From positions 128,001-192,000 of the forward strand of contig CAVPZX010000004.1 in NCBI GenBank assembly GCA_963710375.1: a DNA stretch of 64,000 nt. The letters run 5' to 3'. The position numbers and the translations under genes are program-made. How positions within the stretch are numbered: the first letter of the stretch is position 1; every line of letters starts with the position of its first letter. Source of the stretch: Nitrospirota bacterium (GTDB lineage Bacteria > Nitrospirota > Thermodesulfovibrionia > Thermodesulfovibrionales > Dissulfurispiraceae). Of the stretch, positions 36,862 to 47,162 are shown one piece after another. Under the pieces are notes generated by a model. It made no database searches. It saw only the letters and a program-made list of their open reading frames with translations, and was not told the origin of the DNA.

Positions 36862-38697
36862 CTAAATCTCCATCTGCCCAGTGTTGTCAGATGCGGCAGG
36901 AATATAGATATGGACAACTGTCCCTTTGCCAGGTTCAGATTCCATAACAATATGTCCTTTGTGACCTTGTATAATAGAATAACAAAGAGCTAGTCCCAGT
37001 CCAACTCCACTCTGGTAGCCCATTTGTTTTGTTGTAAAATACGGCTCAAAAACTTTTGGGAGATTTTCTTTGGCTATTCCAGTGCCGTGGTCTTTAACTG
37101 CTATTTCGATATACTTACCTTCTTGCAGGGGGAGCTTGTCAAGGCTGCCGAGAACAGCATTATTTGCAACGATCTCTATAACCCCGCCATTTGGCATCGC
37201 TTCACCGGCATTTTCAATCAATTCATGCATTACCTGAGAGATCTGCCTCTCATCTATTTCAGCAGGCCACAGATTATCCGGAACAGACATATTTATCTTG
37301 AATGAATCCTTTGATAATGATGTGCATATATCCTGTAACAGGTGCACAAGTGATGATCTCTTCCTCACTAATTTAACTCCTGAAGCAAATTCCTCTAATT
37401 GGCGGGTCAGTTCCTTTACTTTCACACAGGCGGTTTCAGCAGTTGCAAGGTATTCATACGCTTGGCTGGAAGGAGGGATAAGTTCCCTGGAAAGAGATAT
37501 GTACCCCATGACAGACGTCAACAGGTTGTTAAAGTCATGCGTTATGCCTTTTGCAAGGATTGAGACTGATTCAAGTTTTCTGTGTTTTAAAAGTTCTTCC
37601 TCATTTTTTTTACGATCCGTTAAATCTTTTGCCACACAGACGATCCCATGCATTTTGCCTTTGACGGACATGGTGGAACCGGAAATGAGCACAGGAATCT
37701 TTGAGCCGTCTTTGGTGAGGTAATTTGTTTCAAGATTACTGACGAGCCCTTTGGAGCTTATCTCGCCAATAATAGCATCGCCGGCTACGGTGCCGCCATC
37801 CAGGATCATTGCAATAGGGTTGCCAATAAGTTCTTTTTCCTGGTAGCCCAGCAGTGCAACTGCAGCATCATTCGCCATAATAATCTTCTTGTGTGGCGAT
37901 AATACGATAAGTGCATCGATTATGCTCTTGATTATCGTATCCACATAGTCTCTGGAGACCGTCACTGTCTCCAAACTGTCGAGCATTTGGTTAAATCTGT
38001 CAGCCAGCAATTTAAGCTCGCCCGTCGTCTTTACCTCTACACGATTGGATAAATCGCCACTGGCAAGTGCGCGAGTAGCCCTGGTAAGTTCCACTATGGG
38101 GTCTAATATCATCTTTCGTGAAACAACAAACAACATGACTGTCAGGACAAGCGCTACGCTCATGTTCAGCACAATAATAAACAGAATAGTATGGGTGATC
38201 TGCTCTTTGACCCTGTATTCCGACATTCCAATAGTAATTTTACCAACACGCTCAAGTCCGATTTCGATTGGAGCGGAGACTTCCGTAATAGGATCCAGCT
38301 TTTTAAGATCACCGATAATGTCCTGGATGCTGCTCTCCTTTGGTAAATGCGAGAGAAATTCGTTGAACCTTGCTGACCGGTAATTTATGCTGGCAAATTG
38401 AGAGGTTAGAAGATTCCCTTGTTCATCGCTGATCACAGCATAGGCAATGTCTGCCCTGTGCAGATCGTTCACATAGGCATCGAGTTGCTGATAATCCTTC
38501 AGGACCACACTGTCACCGCTCTGCCGCGCTACTAATGAAGCAAGACTTCGCCCTTGAGCCAGCAAGGAGCCCATAAGAATTCTCTGTTCATTGATTGCAA
38601 CAACGACACTCAGTCCAAGCGTACCGATGACGAGTATAAGACATGTAATACTCAGGAATCGAAAGCTGATGCTGTTTTGGAATTTTTTTTTGAACAT
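36862..38697 (-). CDS. Sensor histidine kinase (periplasmic domain, HAMP, PAS, HisKA, HATPase)
   Basis: Two TM, HAMP, PAS, HDFNN H-box, DHGTGI, FEPYFTTK, GLGL. Confidence 0.92.
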   Translation of the reverse strand: MFKKKFQNSISFRFLSITCLILVIGTLGLSVVVAINEQRILMGSLLAQGRSLASLVARQSGDSVVLKDYQQLDAYVNDLHRADIAYAVISDEQGNLLTSQFASINYRSARFNEFLSHLPKESSIQDIIGDLKKLDPITEVSAPIEIGLERVGKITIGMSEYRVKEQITHTILFIIVLNMSVALVLTVMLFVVSRKMILDPIVELTRATRALASGDLSNRVEVKTTGELKLLADRFNQMLDSLETVTVSRDYVDTIIKSIIDALIVLSPHKKIIMANDAAVALLGYQEKELIGNPIAMILDGGTVAGDAIIGEISSKGLVSNLETNYLTKDGSKIPVLISGSTMSVKGKMHGIVCVAKDLTDRKKNEEELLKHRKLESVSILAKGITHDFNNLLTSVMGYISLSRELIPPSSQAYEYLATAETACVKVKELTRQLEEFASGVKLVRKRSSLVHLLQDICTSLSKDSFKINMSVPDNLWPAEIDERQISQVMHELIENAGEAMPNGGVIEIVANNAVLGSLDKLPLQEGKYIEIAVKDHGTGIAKENLPKVFEPYFTTKQMGYQSGVGLGLALCYSIIQGHKGHIVMESEPGKGTVVHIYIPAASDNTGQMEI

Positions 38698-38733
38698 TTC
38701 TATAACACATTACCACAGCATGTCGCAGCTGAT

Positions 38734-39721
38734 CTATTCAATTTTCTTGCTTACACTCTCCATAACTTTTTTAGGGACATTGAACCGTCCGGCGCTCAAT
38801 GTCTTTAAATTGAGCACCACGCCGAATTCTCTCACGGGTTCTATTGGAATAGATGAGGGCCTTTCACCCCTTAAAATCTTTATCGCCTTTTCTCCAGCTA
38901 GATGGCCGTCGGCATAATAATTCGCATACGTGCCGAGAAGAACTCCCTTGTCCACCATGTCCTGGAGATGGGATATCGTGACCACGCCTGCCTTGGCAGC
39001 CATATCTGTGATCGTTGAAATTTCCCGGTCTACAAGGTTGCTGCCGGTTATATAAATCGCATCCGATGTGTGGATAACGGCAGGCAAAATTTCAGCAATA
39101 TCCTCCTGCTTCGTTAATGGGACAGGCACGATTCGGAATGAATATTTCGGCTGTACTTTTAGAATATCTTTAAGTATCGACACTGAATTCTTCTCGCCGG
39201 GATTATAAAGCACAGCCAGTCTCTGAATGGTCTGGAACTCTGCCAGGAGATCAATGAGCTTTGATACTTGCAGTTTCGTGGAAGTACCTGTTGTATTATT
39301 GCCTGAGCTCCTCCAGCCTTTAGATATTCCTGCATCTACAGGATCATATACTACAGCAAACACTATGGGTGTTGTTTTAATCTCTCTGACAGTAGCTATT
39401 GTTGCAGAAGTGCCGAGTGTAAAGATTAAATCCATTTTTGAGGCTGCAAATTTCTGTACCAACTCAGACTGCCTTAGCCTTATTGGCGCCTGCGTTTTCA
39501 ATAATGAATTTTGTTTTAGGTTCCTTAAAACCGGATTCCTTGAGCGCATCAATAAAGCCCCTTGCAGCATCCTGATAGCGGGTCTCTTCACTAAAAGAAA
39601 GGACTCCTATTCTCTTTTCAGCCATAGCTTCCGAAGAAAGGAGAGATATGCTTGTGATTAAAACAAAACATAATAAGATTGTTTTAACCACCCAAAATGT
39701 TTTATCGTCTTCGCTGTTCAT
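38734..39721 (-). pseudogene. ABC-type substrate-binding protein, +1 frameshift near 39468 (probably sequencing artefact)
   Basis: Two ORFs join into 328 aa if one base is removed (ANKAKA-AELVQKF); PIVFAVVYDPV, GNNTTGTS, LYNPGE motifs. Confidence 0.8.
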
Positions 39722-39977
39722 CCGGTTGCAATTAGTAAAACCAAAAAAGTTAAGTAAAAACAGACGGATTTATTTCCACTAATAATAGAATAACACTATT
39801 TGCCCGTATTTTTGAAATTCTTCTGCTAACTTCTAGTACTCTCCAGCATCATTACGAGGGGGAAAGGCAGTTGTCTACAATAGAGAAAACTGCTATTATT
39901 AGTTCAGTAGGCCGAACCGCTTCGTGCAGTCCTCATTCATTGGTTTTTCTTCATTAAAGAAGAGGAGGTAAGTAAAA

Positions 39978-40406
39978 ATGCCTATACGCAAAGCAGAAGC
40001 AATATGGGAAGGCAATCTCAGCAAAGGAAAGGGTCGCATAAAATTAGGTAGCGGAGGGTATGAGGGACCTTATTCGTTCGCTTCCCGTTTCGAGGACGGC
40101 ACAGGTACAAATCCAGAGGAACTGATCGGAGCGGCCCATGCAGGCTGTTTTTCTATGGCTCTATCATTCATGCTTGACAAGACAGGCCACACAGCTGAAC
40201 ATATCCACACCGTAGCGAAGGTTTCTGTTCAGAAAGTGGGCGACGGATTCAAGATCACTACTATAGAGTTGGACACAGAGGCCAAAGTCCCGGGCATGGA
40301 TGAAAAATCTTTCTTGGAGCAGGCCGAGGCAGCTAAAACAGGATGCCCGGTTTCTCAGGCCTTGAGCGGGACCGAGATCAAATTGAAAGCGAGGCTGATA
40401 AGTTAG
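39978..40406 (+). CDS. osmC: OsmC peroxiredoxin
   Basis: YSFASRF, GTNPEELIGAAHAGCFSM, GCPVS. Confidence 0.95.
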   Translation: MPIRKAEAIWEGNLSKGKGRIKLGSGGYEGPYSFASRFEDGTGTNPEELIGAAHAGCFSMALSFMLDKTGHTAEHIHTVAKVSVQKVGDGFKITTIELDTEAKVPGMDEKSFLEQAEAAKTGCPVSQALSGTEIKLKARLIS

Positions 40407-40474
40407 CCAGGACGGCTGGTGCATGCACAGCAAGCCCTTGCTTTGGTGTAATTCTTTATGGAATGGAGGCAACC

Positions 40475-40663
40475 ATGGCAATATGGAAATGCAACAAATG
40501 CGGCAATACTATAGATACGAATGTTCCTCCTGATACATGCCCGGCGTGTAAAGAGAATTGTGAATTTGTGAACGTCACGTGCTATATACCTGAGTGTGGG
40601 GGACCGGCATCCGGCAATATCAATCCTGAAGTATTTAAAAAAAGCTCTGATTCCGATGTATGA
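40475..40663 (+). CDS. Small rubredoxin-like protein with extra CYIPECG motif
   Basis: GGAGG RBS; WKCNKCG...CPACK; C-terminal CYIPECGG. Confidence 0.8.
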   Translation: MAIWKCNKCGNTIDTNVPPDTCPACKENCEFVNVTCYIPECGGPASGNINPEVFKKSSDSDV

Positions 40664-40717
40664 GTCTCCATATGCTGAATGCTGAGGTCTGTAATCATTA
40701 GATGATCGGGAGTAATA

Positions 40718-41197
40718 ATGGATATTGCAATTGAAAAAGCACCGGGTGGCTTTCGGATAGACGGGCTTGAACTCAAGGGCGGTAAGTGCGGCTGCACCTC
40801 TGTGCTTCCCTGTTGCTTCAGCTGGTCTAAATTAAAGAGACGCGACGGCACGTTCTCGTTTGTCGCAAAAGCCGACACCCCGGAAACCAAAGAGAACTTC
40901 ACATGGGGATACACAGTGAGAAAAGGTGAATATGTCGTCGAAGTAATTTTCGATGATGCTCGTGACAAGACCATCTTTTCCGGATTCTATCCGCCCCGGC
41001 CCGAAGAATGGGTCGATCGGGGCTGGGAAATTATTGCGAGGGTCGGAGAGCGTGAAGACGGCCCTCTGTGGCGTTGCGCCGCCTGCAAGTGGCTCTATAA
41101 GGAAGACAAAGAAGACGTGAAGTTCGAGAACCTTCCGTCTGACTGGAAATGCCCGGTCTGTAAAGCAGGAAAAGACGTTTTCGAAAAAATCGGCTGA
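40718..41197 (+). CDS. Rubredoxin-domain protein with Cys-rich N-terminal domain
   Basis: C-terminal WRCAACKWLY...FENLPSDWKCPVC; N-terminal CGC-x5-CC. Confidence 0.85.
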   Translation: MDIAIEKAPGGFRIDGLELKGGKCGCTSVLPCCFSWSKLKRRDGTFSFVAKADTPETKENFTWGYTVRKGEYVVEVIFDDARDKTIFSGFYPPRPEEWVDRGWEIIARVGEREDGPLWRCAACKWLYKEDKEDVKFENLPSDWKCPVCKAGKDVFEKIG

Positions 41198-41312
41198 TAT
41201 TAATATCGCCAAACATTAGCAGGTCAGTGCGATTTCAGCTGCTTTGTCCGCAACGGAATATTGGGGACGAACAGTGAGCATCAATACTAATAAACAGAAC
41301 AGGGAGGTAACT

Positions 41313-41729
41313 ATGGCAAGCAAGAAACTGCTCGATAAGCTTAACGACGCTATTGCGCGGGAAATCCAGGTCAGTGTCCAGTATATGTGGCAGCACGCTA
41401 TGATCAAAGGGATCAACTCCGAATCTGTTGGCGGGGTATTCAAAAAGACGGCCATCACTGAGATGAAGCATGCTGAGAGCATCGCAGAGCGGCTCGACTA
41501 TCTCGGGGGAGTGCCGACAACGAAACCCACTCCGATCGAAATCGGCAAATCTGCCGAGGAGATGCTCCGCATCAATAAAAAGGCCGAAGAAGATGCCATA
41601 GTGCTTTACAAAGAGATTGTCGCCCTTGCGGAAAAAGAAGGCGATATAGTCACGAAGAAGCTTTTCGAAAGCATCCTCTCGGATGAGGAAGAACACCATA
41701 ACATTTTTCAGACCCTGCTCGGCATATAG
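41313..41729 (+). CDS. Ferritin-like (bacterioferritin-related) diiron protein
   Basis: GGAGG RBS; RE..VSVQY, EMKHAE, EEDAI, DEEEHH ligands. Confidence 0.9.
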   Translation: MASKKLLDKLNDAIAREIQVSVQYMWQHAMIKGINSESVGGVFKKTAITEMKHAESIAERLDYLGGVPTTKPTPIEIGKSAEEMLRINKKAEEDAIVLYKEIVALAEKEGDIVTKKLFESILSDEEEHHNIFQTLLGI

Positions 41730-41811
41730 GCCGCTGTTGCGAGAAAAGATCCGGGCCGGCGTTAGGCAGCCGGCCGGATCTGCTTCATCCGCCTTCCTGA
41801 ACACTGCGTGC

Positions 41812-41855
41812 TTGACAAATATTCCTTTGGCAATTAAAATAGTTGCATATACAAC
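41812..41855 (+). promoter_or_regulatory. Sigma70 promoter overlapped by palindromic MarR-type operator
   Basis: TTGACA-17bp-TAAAAT; AATAGTTGCATATACAAC at 41838-41855. Confidence 0.75.
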
Positions 41856-41867
41856 ATCATTGCAGAC

Positions 41868-42320
41868 ATGGACGAAAAACAGACATTAAAACTGATCGAA
41901 ACCATAGGCCGGGAATGCCTGGCAGTGCGTGTACGCAAGATCAGTCGCGTGATCACCGGCATATATGACAGGGCCATGAGGCCCCACGGGATCAAAGTCA
42001 ACCAGGCTGGCATCCTGATAATGATCTCTCTCACCAAGAACCCTAGGTCTGGCGATATATGCCGAACGTTCCAGATGGAGAAATCAACGGTCAGCCGCAA
42101 TCTCGAACGTATGAGGAATCAGGGCTGGATAGAAGTCGGCAAAGGAGACGAAGGGCTTTCCCAAGTTCTCACGGTTACGCCGAAAGGGAAAAAACTTCTG
42201 GCCGAGATTTACGGTAAATGGGAGAAGGCGCAAAAAGAGGTAGCCGAATTTCTGGGCGAAGATGGAGTGAAGGCGGTTCACATGCTGACGGGCCGCATGT
42301 CCGGACCAATGGGGAGGTAG
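41868..42320 (+). CDS. MarR-family transcriptional regulator
   Basis: CLAVRVRKISR..T.IYD, MEKSTVSRNL, LTVTPKGK winged HTH. Confidence 0.92.
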   Translation: MDEKQTLKLIETIGRECLAVRVRKISRVITGIYDRAMRPHGIKVNQAGILIMISLTKNPRSGDICRTFQMEKSTVSRNLERMRNQGWIEVGKGDEGLSQVLTVTPKGKKLLAEIYGKWEKAQKEVAEFLGEDGVKAVHMLTGRMSGPMGR

Positions 42321-42343
42321 AAATAGGGCATTTTTTTTGGACT

Positions 42344-42361
42344 AATAGTTGCATATACAAC
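42344..42361 (+). promoter_or_regulatory. Second copy of the operator
   Basis: Identical 18-mer AATAGTTGCATATACAAC just upstream of the next RBS. Confidence 0.75.
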
Positions 42362-42375
42362 CAAAGGAGGCGGTG

Positions 42376-43716
42376 ATGCAAAATCTGAATGAGCACCCGG
42401 CAGTAAAGCGTTATTATGAAAAGAAGGGGGGAAATAAAGGTGACAGTGTCGTGTCCAGGCTCGGCCATAAAGATATCCGACGGATGTGTCTCGAATTCGG
42501 CGCTGACGACGCAGGTTTTGTAGAGAGAGGCAGACCGGAGCTAGACGACCAGAGATCCGATATCATGAAGATGTTTCCGTGGACGAAAACATTGGTAAGT
42601 CTTGTCGGACGAATCAACCGAGAAAACCTGAGAAGCCCGGCCCGCTCCATCGCAAGTCTTGAACTGCACAAGGTCGGCGAAAGACTCGAAAGCGCATCTC
42701 ATAAACTGACAGCTTATCTTGAGCGGATGGGAGTTAGGGCCGTAGCCCCGGCTGCGGGGTTCCCGATGGAACTGGACCGATGGCCCGGAAAGATTTTTGT
42801 TGTTTCGCACAAGCCGGTCGCGGTGGCGGCAGGACTCGGGCAGATGGGGCTGCATCGCAACGTCATACATCCGGTCTTCGGCAGTTTTATTGTTCTAAAC
42901 ACTCTGCTGATCGAAGCAGACATGGACGAATACAACACCCCGCTGGATTATAACCCATGTCTTGGATGCAAACTCTGCTCAGCTGCGTGTCCAACCGGCG
43001 CAATCGGGCCGGACGGCTATTATAACCCCGTAAACTGCATGACACACACTTACCGCGAGATGATCGGCGGCTTTACGGACTGGGTCGAAAATATTGCAAA
43101 CAGTAAAAACTCGTTTGATTATAGAAGCAGGGTGAGCGATGCCGAGACCGTATCCATGTGGCAGAGTCTGTCGCACGGGCCGTGTTACAAATCGGTCTAT
43201 TGTATGGCGGTATGCCCTGCCGGAGAGGATGTAATGCCTGATTTCCTCACCGACAGAAAAAAATATATAGAATCCGTGGTGAGACCGTTGCAGGAAAAGG
43301 AAGAGACGGTCTATGTCCTTAAAGGCTCCGATGCCGAAAGCCACGTACTCCGAGCATTCCCCCGTAAGAAAATAAAGCGCGTCGGAAACGGCATCAGGCC
43401 GCCTTCGATCAAGGCCTTCCTACGCTCTATGCCAATAGCCTTTCAACGACATAAATCAGAAGGGATAGACGGTACATATCATTTTACTTTTACAGGCGAA
43501 GAGCATGAATCGGCAACCGTCACTATAAAGGACAAAACCCTCACAGTCAAACAAGGGCACGAAGGTGAGGCTGATATACACATACAGGCAGACAGCAGGG
43601 CCTGGTTGAGAGTGCTGCATAAAGACGGTGCGATGCTGAAAGAAATTGTTTTCAGAAACATTCGGGTCAAGGGGCCGATAAGGCTGTTAAAGGCGTTCGG
43701 AAACTGTTTCGCATAG
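42376..43716 (+). CDS. QueG/reductive-dehalogenase-like 4Fe-4S protein with C-terminal SCP2 domain
   Basis: SHKPVAVAAGLG, HPVFGSF, CLGCKLCSAACP, CYKSVYCMAVCP; C-terminal YHFTFTG..ATVTI..G.ADIHI SCP2 pattern. Confidence 0.82.
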   Translation: MQNLNEHPAVKRYYEKKGGNKGDSVVSRLGHKDIRRMCLEFGADDAGFVERGRPELDDQRSDIMKMFPWTKTLVSLVGRINRENLRSPARSIASLELHKVGERLESASHKLTAYLERMGVRAVAPAAGFPMELDRWPGKIFVVSHKPVAVAAGLGQMGLHRNVIHPVFGSFIVLNTLLIEADMDEYNTPLDYNPCLGCKLCSAACPTGAIGPDGYYNPVNCMTHTYREMIGGFTDWVENIANSKNSFDYRSRVSDAETVSMWQSLSHGPCYKSVYCMAVCPAGEDVMPDFLTDRKKYIESVVRPLQEKEETVYVLKGSDAESHVLRAFPRKKIKRVGNGIRPPSIKAFLRSMPIAFQRHKSEGIDGTYHFTFTGEEHESATVTIKDKTLTVKQGHEGEADIHIQADSRAWLRVLHKDGAMLKEIVFRNIRVKGPIRLLKAFGNCFA

Positions 43717-43925
43717 AGAAATGAGGCAGGGGATGCCCAATTTCGTCATTTTCTTTCTGAGTGTGGAAGGATTGATGTGTAAAATATGGTACAGTTTAAG
43801 CAATAGTGTTTGCAAGGGAATGACACTGAAGGCAAGACTGGCTTAGTATATTGTGATATTATTTGAATAAGCCTTTCCGTAGCCGTGCTACGCGTGAGCG
43901 GATATACGATCTGTCGGAGGATATT

Positions 43926-44945
43926 ATGAAGAGAATGCGTGTCGTGCAGGTTTCTCATCCGAATGGACCACTTGAACTCGTTGAGCGTGAAATCCCGGAG
44001 ACCGGACCGGGATCGGTAAGAATCAAGGTTCAGGCATGCGGCATATGCCACAGCGACTCTTTAACAAAAGACGGGATCTTCCCCGGCATTAAGTACCCGC
44101 GAGTCCCTGGACACGAAGTCGCCGGAATCATTGATGAGGTCGGATCAGGAGTTGCCGGATGGACACCTGGACAGCGGGTCGGAGTCGGCTGGCATGGAGG
44201 ACATTGCGGCCACTGTGATTCCTGCCGTCGAGGTGATTTTGTTACCTGCCAAACCGCCCTCGAGGTGCCTGGCATCACATACGACGGTGGCTATGCCGAT
44301 TATATGATTGCTCCCGCCGAAGCTCTTGCGCTGATTCCCGAAGACATTTCGGCTGTGGAGGCGGGTCCGCTGATGTGTGCAGGGGTCACTACTTTCAACT
44401 CACTACGGAACAGCGGTGCGCAGCCCGGCGATATCGTTGCCATACTTGGCATAGGCGGGCTCGGCCATCTGGGGGTTCAGTTTGCAGCGAAGATGGGGTT
44501 CAAGACTGTTGCAATTGCAAGAGGTGCGGACAAAGGCCCGCTGGCCAGAGAGCTTGGCGCATGGCATTACATCGACAGCCAGGTAGAGGATCCTGCGGCT
44601 GAGCTGATAAAGCTGGGTGGCGCCAGAGTCATTCTTGCAACTGCGACGAGCGGCAAAGCTATGAGAGCGGTCCTCGGTGGTCTGGGAGTGAATGGGAAAA
44701 TGATCATCGTAGGCGTTGGTGAGCCTTTTGAGGTTTCTCCGCTTCTGCTCATCATAGGACGCAAGTCGATCGTAGGCTGGCCTTCCGGCAGGTCGATCGA
44801 TTCGCAGGATACACTGCGCTTCAGTGCGCTGACAGGCGTACGGTCTATGAATGAAGTATTTCCGCTGGAACGCGCCGCTGAGGCCTACGAGCGAATGATT
44901 AGCGGCAAGGCGCGGTTTCGGGTCGTTCTAACAACCGGGCAATAG
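43926..44945 (+). CDS. Zinc-dependent alcohol dehydrogenase
   Basis: CGICHSD, GHE, CGHCDSCRRGDFVTC, GIGGLG, ARFRVVL. Confidence 0.95.
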   Translation: MKRMRVVQVSHPNGPLELVEREIPETGPGSVRIKVQACGICHSDSLTKDGIFPGIKYPRVPGHEVAGIIDEVGSGVAGWTPGQRVGVGWHGGHCGHCDSCRRGDFVTCQTALEVPGITYDGGYADYMIAPAEALALIPEDISAVEAGPLMCAGVTTFNSLRNSGAQPGDIVAILGIGGLGHLGVQFAAKMGFKTVAIARGADKGPLARELGAWHYIDSQVEDPAAELIKLGGARVILATATSGKAMRAVLGGLGVNGKMIIVGVGEPFEVSPLLLIIGRKSIVGWPSGRSIDSQDTLRFSALTGVRSMNEVFPLERAAEAYERMISGKARFRVVLTTGQ

Positions 44946-44956
44946 AGGAGAAAATT

Positions 44957-45688
44957 GTGAAGGTTTCCCTTTTTATCCCTTGCACCGTGGACATTATGTT
45001 GCCGGAGATCGGCGTAGCGACATTCAAGCTGCTTTCACGTCTGGGTGTACAGCCCATATATCATCCCGAACAAACCTGCTGCGGGCAACCCCTGTTCAAT
45101 GCCGGATATCGCGACCAGGCAAAGCGCGTAGCCAAACACTTTATAGAGGTTTTCGGCAATGACGAATGCATAGTGAGTCCTGCAGGCTCTTGTGTCTGCA
45201 CGGTTAAATATCATTATCCCGAACTCCTCGAAGACGAGCCCTCCTGGCGTGATCGTGCGTACAGCCTGGCAGGAAGGGTTTATGAGTTGAGCCAGTATAT
45301 CGTGGATAAGCTGGGTGTAACTGATGTCGGCGCTTCTTTCGAGGGCAAGGTGACCTACCACGAGTCGTGTCACATACTCAGGGGGCTGGGTGTATCCGGC
45401 CAACCACGGAAGCTCATTGCCGGCGTAAAAGGTGCTCAGTATGTAGAGTTGAACAATTCGACAACATGCTGCGGTTTTGGAGGAGAGTTCGCTTTGCGCT
45501 ACCCGGAGATATCCGGGGCGATGGTCAGGGACAAGGCCCTGAATTTCATAAACACAGGTGCCGAAATCCTTCTCCTCTGTGAGCCCGGTTGTCTGCTAAA
45601 CATCAACGGATACCTGCATCGCAATCATCCCGGCAAGCGGGCCATGCATCTCGCCACCTTCCTTGCCGGGAATGGTAAGGAGGCCTGA
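44957..45688 (+). CDS. lutA: Lactate utilization protein A (two CCG domains)
   Basis: SLFIPC, QTCCGQP, TYHESCH, CCGFGG.F, GCLLNI. Confidence 0.88.
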   Translation: MKVSLFIPCTVDIMLPEIGVATFKLLSRLGVQPIYHPEQTCCGQPLFNAGYRDQAKRVAKHFIEVFGNDECIVSPAGSCVCTVKYHYPELLEDEPSWRDRAYSLAGRVYELSQYIVDKLGVTDVGASFEGKVTYHESCHILRGLGVSGQPRKLIAGVKGAQYVELNNSTTCCGFGGEFALRYPEISGAMVRDKALNFINTGAEILLLCEPGCLLNINGYLHRNHPGKRAMHLATFLAGNGKEA

Positions 45689-45689
45689 T

Positions 45690-47162
45690 ATGCATTCTCG
45701 TGTTGATCAATTCATGGAAACGGCCCGCAAGGAGATAAAAAACGAGCGGAGTCAGCTCTTCCTCAACCTGGTCTCTTCTGGGTTTCCTATTATGCGCCGG
45801 TTCGCCTTATCCAGTTTCCCTGATCCGGCGGCTGCGGAATCATATTCGCGATCGATCCGGGCCGACGTTCTGGCACGAATGCCGGAACTGCTGGAAGAAT
45901 TCGAAAAAAAGGCGATCTCCAGAGGTGTGAAGGTCCTCTGGGCCAGAGACGCCGCAGAGGCGAATAGAATTATTCTTGACATCGCCAGGCAGAAAGGTGT
46001 CCAGTATGTCACCAAGGGAAAATCCATGATCACTGAAGAGATAGGACTTAACGAGCACCTTATTAAGAACGGGGTCAATGTTTATGAAACAGACTTGGGA
46101 GAGGTGATCACCCAGCAGCTTTCCCTGCCCCCTTTCCATCTGGTGGGGCCTGCCATAAACGTCCCGCCTGAAAAGATATCGGATATCTTTCTTAAGAACG
46201 GCATATTGAAGGAACCCTCTACTGACCCGGTAACGCTGGGCAAGGCTGCCCGGACGTTCTTGAGAGAAAAGTTCAGGACCCAAGAGATGGGCATCGTGGG
46301 AGTCAACATGGCAATAGCCGATACAGGAAGCTTCATCAATGTGGAGAACGAAGGGAATATCCGCATGAACAAGTCATCTCCAAAGACACTTGTGGCGGTA
46401 ATGAGCCTGGAGAAGGTAGTGCCCACCCTGGCTGATGCAATACACATGACAAGGATGCTGATCAGGAATTGCACCGGCCAGAAGATGACGAGCTATGTAT
46501 CTTTTGACACCGGGCCGAAGAAGGCCGATGAGCTTGACGGTCCGGAGGAGATCTACATGGTGATTGTGGACAACGGCCGCTCTGAGATATATAAGGACAA
46601 CAAGGCGAGAGATATACTCAAATGCATCCGCTGCGGAGCATGCATGAACACCTGTCCCGTATATGCCAAGATAGGGGGATATCCATATGGATTCGCGTAT
46701 ACAGGTCCTATGGGCCAGGCAATCAATCCTTTGCTTTTGGGCATAGAGAACACCACCGATCTGTACCGCGCCTGTACGCTCTGTGGTTCGTGCAGGCAGA
46801 CCTGTCCGGCAGGTGTTGACCATCCTTACCTCTTTCTCGAGTATAGATCGCGTGAGATCCGGAATAAGAATGAAAAAGGGAACAGGACGCTTGGTTCGTG
46901 GCTTGAGAAGGCTATAGCTACGGTATCGTCACTTGGTATGAGCCGGGGTTGGATGTGGAATATTGGGGTGAAATGCGTTAGACCGGCATTGAATTTTTTA
47001 TCCAGGGATGGTTATATAAGGGACGTTCCATTCGGGGTTAAGGGTTGGTTCAGTTGCCGGGATCTAAATACCTTGCCTGACAAAACCTTCCATGAAAAGA
47101 TGAAAGTTTTATTGAAGGAGTCTGTTCCTTTGGCGGATACCGTTAAGAAGGAGGTTGTATGA
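45690..47162 (+). CDS. lutB: Lactate utilization Fe-S protein B
   Basis: KGKSMITEEI, ETDLGE, ENEGN, CIRCGACMNTCP, CTLCGSCRQTCP. Confidence 0.9.
   Translation: MHSRVDQFMETARKEIKNERSQLFLNLVSSGFPIMRRFALSSFPDPAAAESYSRSIRADVLARMPELLEEFEKKAISRGVKVLWARDAAEANRIILDIARQKGVQYVTKGKSMITEEIGLNEHLIKNGVNVYETDLGEVITQQLSLPPFHLVGPAINVPPEKISDIFLKNGILKEPSTDPVTLGKAARTFLREKFRTQEMGIVGVNMAIADTGSFINVENEGNIRMNKSSPKTLVAVMSLEKVVPTLADAIHMTRMLIRNCTGQKMTSYVSFDTGPKKADELDGPEEIYMVIVDNGRSEIYKDNKARDILKCIRCGACMNTCPVYAKIGGYPYGFAYTGPMGQAINPLLLGIENTTDLYRACTLCGSCRQTCPAGVDHPYLFLEYRSREIRNKNEKGNRTLGSWLEKAIATVSSLGMSRGWMWNIGVKCVRPALNFLSRDGYIRDVPFGVKGWFSCRDLNTLPDKTFHEKMKVLLKESVPLADTVKKEVV

Noticed and set aside
39464..39466. TGA in the SBP gene as selenocysteine or readthrough
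   Set aside because: Homology continues in a different frame, so a single extra base explains it.
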